Shown: piece by piece, positions 10,317 to 19,547 of the stretch
How the letters are laid out: every line of letters starts with the position of its first letter
How positions within the stretch are numbered: position 1 is the stretch's first letter
Assembly: GCA_965206595.1 (NCBI GenBank)
Contig: OZ242214.1
Span: forward strand, 4,768,001 to 4,832,000
Length of the DNA: 64,000 nt
Reading direction: 5' to 3'
Source of the DNA: Candidatus Latescibacterota bacterium
Lineage (GTDB): Bacteria > Latescibacterota > UBA2968 > UBA8231
Translations under genes and position numbers: made by a program
The notes under the pieces: model-generated
The model's input: only the letters and a program-made list of their open reading frames with translations
Told to the model about the DNA's origin: nothing
The model's database searches: none

Positions 10317-11765
10317 TTACGGCCGGGACAGGTTCTCGAAAGCCTCGAGGCCCCTGCGGAACAGCTCCTTCACCTCGTTGCGTTGGCGGTCGTTGTTGTA
10401 GCGGCCGACCGTGTCGATCCAGGATAGCGACTGGTGTATGCCGTCGGCGAAGAACTCGGCGGCAGACTCGCGCTCGAGTTGAAAGCGCCCGCACTCTATG
10501 TAGGTGGGGCTGGTGTGGGCGTAGATCGACTGGTCGAAGCTGTCGCGCGAGTTCCCCCAGAGCCGGGCGGCGACCCAACCGTCCGCCTTTACCGCGGCTT
10601 CACCTCTCAGCGAGCCCTCGCGGGCGCCGCCGGCTAACTCGCACCGCTCCACGACGCGGCCGTTGACCACGATCTCCACTGAGTCGACCGGGTAACAGCT
10701 GCGGAAGGGAACCTCGACCTCGACGCGGCCTCCCTGGGCGCAGGCAACGGTGGAACCGATCGGCTCGCCGTTGACCTTCATGTCGATGGCCGGCCCGTTG
10801 GTGATGTAGGTGCGCCCCGCCTTCATGCCGTCGATCCAGGCGGCGTAGGAGAACGTCTCCGCGGTCTGCACGTAGACGCGGTTGTTCGAGCAGACGAACC
10901 AGTCCGTCCCGGTGGAGGCCGGCAGGCGGATGCCGCAGTTGAGCAGCTTGTACCACAGGTCGTACTCCGGGTCCATCCAGAACGGGTCGAAGAGATTGAA
11001 GGCGTCGAGCTTGCCCAGGGCCGCGGCGACCGGCGCCTCCATGCCGCGGCCGTTGTGGCACCAGATCACCAAGCCCCCCTGCCCGCGGGCGTCGTCGCAG
11101 CAGAAGATGAGCGGAGGATAGTCGGGGTCGAACTGCGCCGTCAGGGTGTGGCCGCGGCTCACCGGCTGCACGAGGTTGCGGATGTTGAGGAACATCACGT
11201 GTCCGTAGCCCATGCCCCAGGGGGACTTTTCGCCGTAGTGGCGGTTCTCCTCGCCGATGTCGAGGACGTGATGGGCGGTGGTGAACTCATTCATCACCCC
11301 GATCGGGTACTTGTTGCTCGCATACGGCAGCTGGCGGCGGTCGAGGATGCTGACCACCGTGACGTTGTACCCTTCGATGCTGCAGTCGACGGCGAGGCGG
11401 TCGTCGGGGCGCGTCTCCTTCTCGTCGTAGTGGATGTGGGTGTTGCCGGGGTACCAGTTGTCCTCCTGCGGGTGATGCCAGCGGCGCAGGGGGACCTCGA
11501 CCTCGACGACTCCCTTCTCCGGGGCCTCGACCACAACACGGGCAGGCTCGTACTCGGTGCCCCGCTCGACGAGCACGTCGGTGCGGCCTCGGGGGACCTC
11601 GATTTCGAAGGCGCCGGCGGCGAAGAAGAACGGCGTCCCGGGACCCCGCTTCAGGAGGGCGTCCGCGGGATGCCGGAACTTCCCGTTCGAGCTCAGGACG
11701 TGGACCTTGGCATCGATCGCCTCGCCCGTGGCTGCGTCTACCGTTCTCCCATGCAGGGTCGCCAT
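10317..11765 (-). CDS. CehA/McbA-family PHP-like metallohydrolase
   Basis: WYPGNTHIH, GEENRH, GHV, WYKLLNCG.RLPASTGTD, GRTYITNGP, terminal AHTSP. Confidence 0.75.
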   Translation of the reverse strand: MATLHGRTVDAATGEAIDAKVHVLSSNGKFRHPADALLKRGPGTPFFFAAGAFEIEVPRGRTDVLVERGTEYEPARVVVEAPEKGVVEVEVPLRRWHHPQEDNWYPGNTHIHYDEKETRPDDRLAVDCSIEGYNVTVVSILDRRQLPYASNKYPIGVMNEFTTAHHVLDIGEENRHYGEKSPWGMGYGHVMFLNIRNLVQPVSRGHTLTAQFDPDYPPLIFCCDDARGQGGLVIWCHNGRGMEAPVAAALGKLDAFNLFDPFWMDPEYDLWYKLLNCGIRLPASTGTDWFVCSNNRVYVQTAETFSYAAWIDGMKAGRTYITNGPAIDMKVNGEPIGSTVACAQGGRVEVEVPFRSCYPVDSVEIVVNGRVVERCELAGGAREGSLRGEAAVKADGWVAARLWGNSRDSFDQSIYAHTSPTYIECGRFQLERESAAEFFADGIHQSLSWIDTVGRYNNDRQRNEVKELFRRGLEAFENLSRP

Positions 11766-11787
11766 TGCGGTACCCTTTCCGCTCAGT

Positions 11788-12843
11788 TCAGTTCAGGTGG
11801 TAGGTTTCGTAGGGGCTTTTACACGGGTTGCCGCGGCTGACCTTCATCCGGCCAGCGCCGACGTCGATGATCACCGAGAAGACGGAGGTCCAGAAGCCGT
11901 TGTCGGGGTGGTCGTTGGCATGACGGCAGATCGAGTGCGGGTGACCGTCGTGATCGCTGAGGATCTCCCGGAGAGAGGCCTCGGTCAGGGGGCTCGGTGC
12001 CCGGCGCAACAGCTCGTCGACTCGGCACTTGCGCGGCCCCGACTGAATCAGCTCCGGGAAGTCGTTGTTGACCGGCGCCAGGTCGGGGTGAACGCAGTGG
12101 TTGGTATGGGTGACGATGCCGCTGCCGTCGTCGCGGATGACGTGGACGTCGCCGACGGTGATTTCGAAATCGGCCAGCCCGTCCGGCGCCGCCAGGATCA
12201 CGTTCGCGGGAATGGCCCGCTGCGCCCGGCGCACCGCCTCCAGCGCCGCGTCGAGGGTTCCCGTCCGGTACATCCCGCGAACCGTGAAGTAGTGGGGAAC
12301 CCCGAGCGGACGGCTGGGGGCCGGCAGGGTGTTCATGCAGATGCCGACCCCGGCTTCGCTCACCCCGATGTAGGCGACCAGCCCGGCCTGGGTGATGCTC
12401 ATGAAGGCCGGCTCCCCTTCGGGCCTGCGGGTCAGCACGATGGTGAACGGATCCAGCGCCGGGTCGTTGTCCCAGTTCTGGCCGACGAAGGCGCCGATCG
12501 CGGCCGGCCGCGAGAGGGCGAACGAGGTGCAGCCGCCGCCGTCGGGACACAGCTGATTGCGGATCTGCAGCAGCATCAGGCGCTCGGCCGGCACCCCGGA
12601 AGAGGCGGCCATGCCGTTGAGCTCCTCGAGCATTTCCGGAGCGTACCCGGCGACGCGCTCGATACTGTCGGCGGCGACGGCGAGAGCACGTTCCTCGGAG
12701 ACCGCCATGGTCAGGTTGACGCGCTCCAGCGCCACGGCGTCGAAGCCGCGGATCTCCTCGCGCGCCCCCTCTCCGAGCTGCTCCCCCATCTGCCGCGGGG
12801 AGCCGTCTACTTCGATCTCCCGGTAGCGGGTCGATGCACTCAT
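11788..12843 (-). CDS. C45 family Ntn-hydrolase/acyltransferase
   Basis: True start MSASTRYREIEVDGSPRQMGEQLG lies inside the long ORF; GGCTSFA autocleavage site, GQNWD, THTNH, SICRH. Confidence 0.85.
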   Translation of the reverse strand: MSASTRYREIEVDGSPRQMGEQLGEGAREEIRGFDAVALERVNLTMAVSEERALAVAADSIERVAGYAPEMLEELNGMAASSGVPAERLMLLQIRNQLCPDGGGCTSFALSRPAAIGAFVGQNWDNDPALDPFTIVLTRRPEGEPAFMSITQAGLVAYIGVSEAGVGICMNTLPAPSRPLGVPHYFTVRGMYRTGTLDAALEAVRRAQRAIPANVILAAPDGLADFEITVGDVHVIRDDGSGIVTHTNHCVHPDLAPVNNDFPELIQSGPRKCRVDELLRRAPSPLTEASLREILSDHDGHPHSICRHANDHPDNGFWTSVFSVIIDVGAGRMKVSRGNPCKSPYETYHLN

Positions 12844-12848
12844 GGTTT

Positions 12849-13818
12849 CTACTCCCTCACGGCAAGCACGACCTTGCCGATGTTGCTGTTTGCGGCGAGC
12901 CTGCGGTGCGCCTCCCCGGCCTCGGTGACCGGCAGGACGCTGTCGATCACCGCTTCGATGCGGCCGTCCTCGAGCCTTGCCCACAGGCGCTCTTCGAGCT
13001 TCTCCTTGATCGCCGCCTTCTCGGCGACCGCACGGCTGCGCAGCAGCGAGCCGGCGATGCGCAGCCGCTTGCGCAGGAGGGCCCCGACGTCGAGGGGTCC
13101 CTCGGTGCCCCCGAGAACGGAGATGACCACCAGCCTGCCCTTGTGCTTGAGAACCTCGACGTTCCCGGGCAGCGAGCTGGCGCCGGCGATGTCGAGGATG
13201 ACGTCGACGCCGTCGCAGTGGGCGAGGACCGCGGCGGCGAAATTCTCTTCCTTGTAGTTGACGGCCAGCTCCGCCCCCAGGCGCCGGCAGCACTCCAGCT
13301 TGCGTTCGCTGCCGGCGGTCGCCAGGACGCGGCAGCCGGACTGCTTCGCCAGCTGAATCGCCGCCGTCCCTACGCCGCTGGCGCCCCCGTGGACGAGGGC
13401 GGTTTCCCCGGGCTGAAGGCCGGCTTCGAGAAACAGGTTGACGAACGCCGTGTAGAAGACCTCGGGAACGGCGGCACCGTAAGTGAAGTCCCAGTTGTCG
13501 GGCATGCGGTGCAGGAGGCTCAGCGGCACCGCCACCCGCTCGGCGTAGCCGCCGCCGCTGAGCAGGGCGCAGACCCGGTCCCCGGGCCGCCATTCGCCCC
13601 TACCCCCGACTTCCGACACAACCCCTGCCATCTCCAGGCCGAGGTACTCGGGCGCCCCGAATGGCGGCGGGTACTTCCCCGACCTCTGCAGCAGGTCGGC
13701 GCGGTTGACCGCGGTGGCGTGGATGTCGACGAGGACCTCGTCCGGGCCAGGTTGCGGGTCGGGCACGGTCTCCCCACGACAGGTCGCGGCTGCGGGGATC
13801 GACGACGATGGCTTTCAC
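12849..13818 (-). CDS. NAD(P)H:quinone oxidoreductase (PIG3/zeta-crystallin family); one apparent frameshift at 13772-13775
   Basis: AVNRADLLQRSGKYPPP, GLEMAG, GGGYAE, HGGASGVGTAAIQ, IGKVVL. N-terminus MKAIVVD (GTG 13818) is one frame off at a G4 run. Confidence 0.85.
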
Positions 13819-13860
13819 GGCGCAGGCATGCTCCGTTGATCGGGACCAGTGCGGCTCGGG

Positions 13861-13900
13861 GTCAATACGTCAATACGTCAATACGTCAATACGTCAATAC
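13861..13900. repeat. Perfect tandem repeat (GTCAATAC)x5
   Basis: Read directly; lies in the divergent region between the oxidoreductase and zapA. Confidence 0.95.
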
Positions 13901-14046
13901 GGTGATCGATTCGGCGGGGTGTTGCAAGGACCGCCCCGGGACTGGATTCCCGCCGCCGCGGGGCTTGCTGTTTGCGCTGCAGCGACCTAGATTGGAACGC
14001 CTTGTGCCGGCAGGCGTTACGGAAAACCAGGAACGGATACGGTGCC

Positions 14047-14433
14047 ATGGGGGAACAAGAGAAGCAGTTCGAGGGGGTCGTCGTCGAGATTTTCGGCCAG
14101 AGCTACCGGATCGGTGGAGAGCCCGAGGAGATTCAACCGGCCGCGGAGCACATCGACAGCAAGATGCGTGAGATCTCTGAAGGCCACGGGGGCCGCCTGT
14201 CGACCTTGCAGGTCGCCATCCTCTCCGCCATGGAAGTAGCCGCAGAGTTCCTCCGCCTCGATAGAGAGCGCCAGGAGTTCGCCGACAAGGCCAACGAGAG
14301 CCTGGATCGCCTGACGCAACGGGTCGAAGAACGCGCCGACATTCCCGCCAGCGGAAGCGCCGACCAGGATCTTCCGGCCGAACGGCGGATTCGCGACATC
14401 CTCGGCGTGCAGGACTCCTCCTCCGCCTCGTAG
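14047..14433 (+). CDS. zapA: Cell division protein ZapA
   Basis: VVVEIFGQSYRI...AAEHIDSKMREI...LQVAILSAMEVAAE followed by a coiled coil. Confidence 0.85.
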   Translation: MGEQEKQFEGVVVEIFGQSYRIGGEPEEIQPAAEHIDSKMREISEGHGGRLSTLQVAILSAMEVAAEFLRLDRERQEFADKANESLDRLTQRVEERADIPASGSADQDLPAERRIRDILGVQDSSSAS

Positions 14434-14453
14434 CCGCAGCCGCGGCTGCGGCT
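14432..14453. terminator. Palindromic hairpin between convergent genes, possible bidirectional terminator
   Basis: AGCCGCAGCCGCGGCTGCGGCT is a perfect 22-bp palindrome; no U-tract. Confidence 0.35.
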
Positions 14454-14467
14454 CGCCGCCCCCTTCC

Positions 14468-15856
14468 CTACGCTGCCCCGCCGGGGGACTCCCCGGCCTC
14501 GTCCAGCAGCGACTCTGCCTCATCGCACAGCTGTTTCGCCTCGGCCGGGGTCTCCGCTTCGGCTATGATGCGCACGACCGGCTCGGTATTCGATGTCCGC
14601 AGGTGAATCCACGGACAGGAGAGTTCCCCGTCCATGTACAGCTTGACGCCGTCCGGCACAGGGTGGGCCCATGCCCCGGGGTGGCGGCCTCTCAAATCGG
14701 CGACGGCCCCCTGCAGCTGCCCGGAGCTGCAGGTGAGCTTGCGCTTCTCGATGGAGTACTTCGGCAGGGAGGCGACCAAGTCCGGAAGCGATGCACCGCT
14801 GACCGCCAGCGCCTCGAGCACGACGGCGACGGCGGCAGCGGCGTCCCGGCCGGGCCCGACCTCGGTCAGGATAACCCCGCCGTTTCCCTCGCCCCCAATC
14901 ACAGCCTGCTCCTCGAGCATCTTCTCGACGACGTGCACCTCGCCGACCGCGGTCAGGGTCACCGGGCAGTCGTTCCGCCCGGCCGCGTCGCTGACGATCT
15001 GCGAGGTCGAAAGGGTGGTGACCACCGGACCGGGGCGCCGGGCGGTGACCGCGGCGACCGCCAGCGCCAGAGTGTAATCCTCCCCCAGGGGGACGCCGTC
15101 TGGGCCCACCAAGGCGACGCGGTCGGCGTCCGGGTCGACGGCGAGACCGAGGTCTGCCCCTTTTTGGCGGACCGTCTCTCCGAGCTGCTCGAGGTTGGCG
15201 GGAAGGGGCTCCGGTTCATGGGCGAAGTTCCCGTCAGGGGTGGCGTTCACGAAATGCGCCTCGACCCCGAGCCGCGACAGCAACCCCGGCAGCTCCAGGC
15301 ATCCGGCGCCGTTGCAGGGATCGACCGCAACCCGCAAGGGGGCCTCCTGAATGGAAGCGGCGTCTATCTGTTCCAGAACACGGTTTACGTGCAGCTCGCT
15401 GACGGCGGCGGAATCGAGTGAGGTTTCCGACCCCCCGGGGAGCTGGCGCGATTCCCCGGCGCGGTAGCGGTCCTCGACCCCGGCGGCCTGGCCGGCGTTC
15501 AGGAAGATGCCGTCGGAACGGGCCAGCTTGAGGCCGTTCCAGGGAACCGGGTTGTGGCTCGCAGTGACCACGATCCCCCCGGACGCGGCCAGTTCGGTCA
15601 CCATCAGCTTCGCCGCCGGCGTCGAGCAGACGCCGCAATCGACGACCCGGCAGCCAGCCGCGCGCAGGGCCGCGGCCGCGGCCGCGGCGAAGCCGGCGCC
15701 CGAGGGGCGGGTGTCGCGCGCCAGGACGACGGCGGCACCCGGCTCGAGCGAGATGGCGAAGGCCGCGGCATAGCGGCGCACCACCTCCTCGGTGAAAGAC
15801 TCCCCGGCGATGCCGCGGATGCCGGAGATGCCGGAAATCAGGGGCGCCCCGGTCAC
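14468..15856 (-). CDS. Phosphohexomutase (phosphoglucosamine mutase/phosphomannomutase family)
   Basis: GTG start overlapping the upstream stop; ISGIRG, TASHNP phosphoserine loop, DPDADR metal loop, GGEGNGG, RTSNTEP. Confidence 0.9.
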   Translation of the reverse strand: MTGAPLISGISGIRGIAGESFTEEVVRRYAAAFAISLEPGAAVVLARDTRPSGAGFAAAAAAALRAAGCRVVDCGVCSTPAAKLMVTELAASGGIVVTASHNPVPWNGLKLARSDGIFLNAGQAAGVEDRYRAGESRQLPGGSETSLDSAAVSELHVNRVLEQIDAASIQEAPLRVAVDPCNGAGCLELPGLLSRLGVEAHFVNATPDGNFAHEPEPLPANLEQLGETVRQKGADLGLAVDPDADRVALVGPDGVPLGEDYTLALAVAAVTARRPGPVVTTLSTSQIVSDAAGRNDCPVTLTAVGEVHVVEKMLEEQAVIGGEGNGGVILTEVGPGRDAAAAVAVVLEALAVSGASLPDLVASLPKYSIEKRKLTCSSGQLQGAVADLRGRHPGAWAHPVPDGVKLYMDGELSCPWIHLRTSNTEPVVRIIAEAETPAEAKQLCDEAESLLDEAGESPGGAA

Positions 15857-16653
15857 GGTCTCTCCCGTTCGACGACGACGGAAGCCCGCCGCTGCAGCTG
15901 CAGAACCTTCGACCCGTTCCCCCCATTTACCGCCAGCTCCAGCAGACCGCAGCTGCCGACCACGGCCACTGGCGCTCCTCTCTCGACGTCCGCATAGGTT
16001 GCGGCAACGGGGACCTGCCGGGACCCGGCCAGAGCCTTCAGGCCGCGGCGGCTCCCCGCGGTTTCTGCGAGCCGGTCGAGATCCTCGCCGGCTATGTTCG
16101 TGATAGCATTGCCGAAGTGGTCGACATGGATCACCTGCCCGGCGACGCAGCCGCTGTCGACGGCGGGCTGCGTCTCCGACAGGATTTCGGCGCCGGATAT
16201 CCGCGGGCCGACGCCCGCAAAGGGAAACCCCGCGGCCAGGCGCGCGGCACAGGGGGCGAACAGGTCGCGGCCGTGGAAGGTCGCGCTCAACCTCCGGCCG
16301 CGCAGGGCCGCGGCTGTTATTTCGCGGGTCACGGCTTCCGGATCCTCGAGGGGGAAGCTGAGCAGCCCGTTGTCGGGGCCCACCCACAGGGATCCTCTGC
16401 TGCTCACCGCGATCGCGCGACGGCTCGAGCCCACCCCCGGGTCGGCGACCGCGAGATGGATCGACCCCGGCGGAAACTCGGCCGCGGCGTTGCGCAGCAC
16501 GAAAGCGCCGGCGAGCACGTCGCCGGGCGGGATGGCGTGGCTGATGTCGACGATGGTGAGCCCCGGATGGATGGACAACAGCACCCCCTTGACGGCGCCG
16601 ACGTAGTAGTCGCGCTCGCCGAAGTCGGTGGTGAGTGTGATCACGGGTGTCAA
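15853..16653 (-). CDS. SAM hydroxide adenosyltransferase (DUF62, chlorinase/fluorinase superfamily)
   Basis: ITLTTDFG..D.YVGAVKG, VADPGVGSSRR, GPDNG, TFHGRDLF, DHFGNAITN. Confidence 0.9.
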   Translation of the reverse strand: MTPVITLTTDFGERDYYVGAVKGVLLSIHPGLTIVDISHAIPPGDVLAGAFVLRNAAAEFPPGSIHLAVADPGVGSSRRAIAVSSRGSLWVGPDNGLLSFPLEDPEAVTREITAAALRGRRLSATFHGRDLFAPCAARLAAGFPFAGVGPRISGAEILSETQPAVDSGCVAGQVIHVDHFGNAITNIAGEDLDRLAETAGSRRGLKALAGSRQVPVAATYADVERGAPVAVVGSCGLLELAVNGGNGSKVLQLQRRASVVVERERP

Positions 16654-16797
16654 AATCGCAGGGCAGGGTGAGGCGATTCCGCGGGCGGGGGTGCGCCATT
16701 TTTTCCCGTTCCCGGAAACGCGGGGAATGTACGTCCGCCTTCCTCAGGCATCCACATAACTCCAGCTTTGCGAGGGGGTTCGTGCGATTCTCGGAAA

Positions 16798-16826
16798 TTG
16801 ACACTCCCCGGACCGCCCTGTACCAT
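16798..16826 (+). promoter_or_regulatory. Sigma-70 promoter
   Basis: TTGACA (16798-16803)-N17-TACCAT (16821-16826), ending 9 nt before ATG 16836. Confidence 0.6.
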
Positions 16827-16835
16827 ACTCGATGG

Positions 16836-18137
16836 ATGCCATCGATCGTTCTGTTTGCGTGCGCATGGGTGCTAGGCTCGTGCGCATTACCATTTTTCAG
16901 CAGCAAACCGCCCGTGGTGCCGCCTCCCCGCCTGACGGTCGGATTCCACAGCGTCTCCGCGGCGGCCGACCTGGCCTGGGACGCCAGCCCGCAGCAGCGC
17001 TTTCTTCAGTACAGCATCCAGCGCTCCCGCGCCGGGCGGGAGTTCCAGACCATCGCCGCGATCGCCAGCCGCCTCGACACCACCTACCGGGACAGCGGCC
17101 TGCTCGCCAACACCACCTACCGCTATCGCGTCGTCGCCGAACGCATCGGCAAGCCCGGGGCTGACGGGAAGCCCCCCTCCGTCGCCAGCGAGCCGGCCGC
17201 CGGTGGAATTCACCGCCTCGTCAACTCCTGGAGCCTTTCGGGCGATTTCCAGCCCACCCGCATCGCCATCGACCAGCTGGGCATTCTCAACGTCGTCGGC
17301 GCCGGCGCCGGCTGGGTCGAGCGCTTCGACCGCGGCGGCCATTCCCAGGGGCGCTGGCAGTTCGCCGATCTGCCGAACGCCTGCCTCGAAACCGGAACCC
17401 TCGACGGGCCGGCCATCGCCCTCGACGCCGACGGGAACCTGTTCGTCACCTTCAACACTCTTCCCGCGGTGGGGGCGCCGCGCCCGGCTTGGGCGAAGTT
17501 CGACTCCAACGGGAAGCTGTTGTGGACGCGCCCCCTCGAGGGGGTGTTCGCGCGCCACATCGCCGTCGACGGGGAGCGCGTCTTCATCGAGAGCATCAGC
17601 CGGCTGCACCAGTTCTCCACCGACGGCACCCCGGTCATCGAGTACCGCGTGCCGGCTCTCCTGGTCTCGAGCCTGCGCTTCTGGCGCGGCTGGTTCGCCG
17701 CCCTGGTCGAGCCCCTCGACGTCGTCGAAACCGGCTGGCGAGCCCCGCGCCTCGTCCTCTACAGAAGCGCCGAACGAGAGGAGATCGACCTCGTGCTGGG
17801 ACGAGACCCGCTTTCCGACGAGGATCGCGGCGCCGGCCTGCTCTCCCGCCCGAGCGACTTCGCCTTCGACGAAAAGAACAACAGGGTCTACGTCGTCAAC
17901 GCGGGGTTCGGCCGCATCGAGGTCTTCCGGGAAGGGGAGTACCTGACGCGCTGGGCCTCCGGCGGCGAGGACGGGGAGGCCTTCCGCTTCGGCGGCACGG
18001 TCACGGTGGTCGACGATCTCGGCCTCGGCTCGACCACGGGCCGCAAGGTCCTGGCCGGCGGCGTAGCCCTCGACTCCGAGGGCTACATCTACGTCGCCGA
18101 CACCTTCAACAACCGCATCCGGAAGTTCCACCCGTGA
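16836..18137 (+). CDS. Lipoprotein with fibronectin type III domain and NHL-repeat beta-propeller
   Basis: Signal peptide with lipobox LGSC; YRDSGLLANTTYRYRVVA (FN3); NHL repeats IALDADGNLFVT, GVALDSEGYIYVADTFNNRIRKF. Confidence 0.75.
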   Translation: MPSIVLFACAWVLGSCALPFFSSKPPVVPPPRLTVGFHSVSAAADLAWDASPQQRFLQYSIQRSRAGREFQTIAAIASRLDTTYRDSGLLANTTYRYRVVAERIGKPGADGKPPSVASEPAAGGIHRLVNSWSLSGDFQPTRIAIDQLGILNVVGAGAGWVERFDRGGHSQGRWQFADLPNACLETGTLDGPAIALDADGNLFVTFNTLPAVGAPRPAWAKFDSNGKLLWTRPLEGVFARHIAVDGERVFIESISRLHQFSTDGTPVIEYRVPALLVSSLRFWRGWFAALVEPLDVVETGWRAPRLVLYRSAEREEIDLVLGRDPLSDEDRGAGLLSRPSDFAFDEKNNRVYVVNAGFGRIEVFREGEYLTRWASGGEDGEAFRFGGTVTVVDDLGLGSTTGRKVLAGGVALDSEGYIYVADTFNNRIRKFHP

Positions 18138-19078
18138 CCCCCCTCCCCCTTGTCGTCGTTGCTGCGGTCTCGGTCTCCTCGCTGGCGCTCCGCGAGCTCG
18201 CCGCCGAGGGCAAGGAGCGCTACGACATGTGGGCGAAGGAAAAGGTCCGCTACTTGGCGGACCGCGTCCGCATGGACCCCCGCAACGCTCAGCTCCGCGT
18301 CCTGCTCGGAAACGCCCTCTACGAGGACGGCCACCATTACGAGGCGGAGTCGCATCTCCAAAAGGCGCTCGAGCTGCAGCCCCGCTATGCCGAGGCCCAC
18401 TGCAATCTCGCGGTGATCCTGCACTCCGAGTCCCGGCTCGGAGAAGCGGAGAGCCATTACCAGGCAGCTCTCGATGTCGACACCTCTCTGGTCGAGGCCA
18501 AGGCAGGCCTGGGGGCGCTGTGGTGCCGGACCAAGCGCCACAACGAGGGGATCGCCCTGCTCGAAATGGTGGTCGCCCTCGATCCGAGCCGCATCAACGC
18601 CCGCTACAACCTCGCGGTGGCGTACCACAAGGTCGGCGACTACGCCAAGGCGATCGCCCACCTCGAGGCGGTCCTGGAGCAGAGTCCCACCTATCCCGGC
18701 GCACGCCGCGGGCTTGCCCAGGCCCGGTTCAGCAGAGGGCTGATCCTCCTCACCGGCAAAAAGCTGCAGGACGCCCTGGTCCAATTCGACGCCGCGGTCG
18801 GCCTGGTGAAGGACGACGCCGACATCTACTACGCCCTGGGGATCGCCCACATGCGGCTCGACCAGCTCGAGCCCGCGGAGCGCGCCTTCACTGCCGCGGT
18901 CGAGCTCGAGGAGGACCACGTTCCGGCGCTGCACAACCTCGGCACGGTGATGGAAAAGGCGGGCCGCAAGACGGAAGCGGAGTACTACTTCATTCAGGTA
19001 CAGGCGCTGACCCCGCACCTGCACACCATCGAGGCGGCGCGCGATGCGACCTACAACGAGGAGTACCTGATGCACTGA
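18134..19078 (+). CDS. Tetratricopeptide repeat protein
   Basis: GTG overlaps the upstream TGA; repeated TPRs (YAEAHCNLAVIL, ARYNLAVAYHKVGDYAKAI, ALHNLGTVM). Confidence 0.85.
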   Translation: MTPLPLVVVAAVSVSSLALRELAAEGKERYDMWAKEKVRYLADRVRMDPRNAQLRVLLGNALYEDGHHYEAESHLQKALELQPRYAEAHCNLAVILHSESRLGEAESHYQAALDVDTSLVEAKAGLGALWCRTKRHNEGIALLEMVVALDPSRINARYNLAVAYHKVGDYAKAIAHLEAVLEQSPTYPGARRGLAQARFSRGLILLTGKKLQDALVQFDAAVGLVKDDADIYYALGIAHMRLDQLEPAERAFTAAVELEEDHVPALHNLGTVMEKAGRKTEAEYYFIQVQALTPHLHTIEAARDATYNEEYLMH

Positions 19079-19103
19079 GGCGGATCCGGCTGCAACAGGT
19101 TCG

Positions 19104-19132
19104 TTGACTTCGCGATAGGCATTCCGTAACCT
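19104..19132 (+). promoter_or_regulatory. Sigma-70 promoter upstream of the infA leader
   Basis: TTGACT (19104-19109)-N17-TAACCT (19127-19132). Confidence 0.55.
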
Positions 19133-19210
19133 TAACCGGTCTTGAAAAACAGGATCGACAAGCAAGGCATTTTATGACTCTCTGAGATTCCGGCGGGCTG
19201 TGGGAAACGC

Positions 19211-19262
19211 AAGCGAGCGAAGCTTCCGGGAAAGGAAGCCTCGGCTCGCTTTTTTTATTTTT
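19211..19262 (+). terminator. Intrinsic terminator in front of infA
   Basis: Stem AAGCGAGC..GCTTCC-GGGAAA-GGAAGC..GCTCGCTT followed by a long T-rich tract. Confidence 0.75.
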
Positions 19263-19311
19263 GTGGACCGTCCCGAAATGGAATCTTCGAGTTACCGATC
19301 TGCGGGAGTTC

Positions 19312-19530
19312 ATGGCCAAGGAAGACGCGATAGAAGTCCAAGCCGTTGTCAAAAAGGCCCTGCCCAACGGCTTCTTCAAGGTCGAGATGGAGAACGGTCA
19401 CGAGATCCTGGCGCACATCTCGGGGAAGATGCGGAAGTACTACATTCGCGTCCTGCCCGGTGACCAGGTGACCGTCGCCCTGTCTCCCTACGACCTGACG
19501 CGGGGACGCATCACGTTTCGCAATCGCTGA
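19312..19530 (+). CDS. infA: Translation initiation factor IF-1
   Basis: 72 aa MAKEDAIEV...[41 protein letters not shown]. Confidence 0.98.
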   Translation: MAKEDAIEVQAVVKKALPNGFFKVEMENGHEILAHISGKMRKYYIRVLPGDQVTVALSPYDLTRGRITFRNR

Positions 19531-19547
19531 GCCTCCCAGGAGCTGCG

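Noticed and set aside
13861-13900. CRISPR array or iterons
   Set aside because: Contiguous 8-bp units without spacers, and no cas or rep gene nearby.
14434-14467. 6S RNA expected downstream of zapA
   Set aside because: Only 34 bp separate zapA from the convergent gene, leaving no room. The 21.5-kb structured region has 6S-like stems but too short an apical part to call.
15853-16653. Possible fluorinase/chlorinase
   Set aside because: It carries the Asp/Arg/His residues (DPGVG...RR, TFHGRD) typical of DUF62 SAM hydrolases and has no biosynthetic context.
19211-19250. SRP (4.5S) RNA, from the CCGGGAAAGGAAGC stretch
   Set aside because: It lacks the conserved CAGG...AGCAG internal loop and fits a terminator hairpin better.
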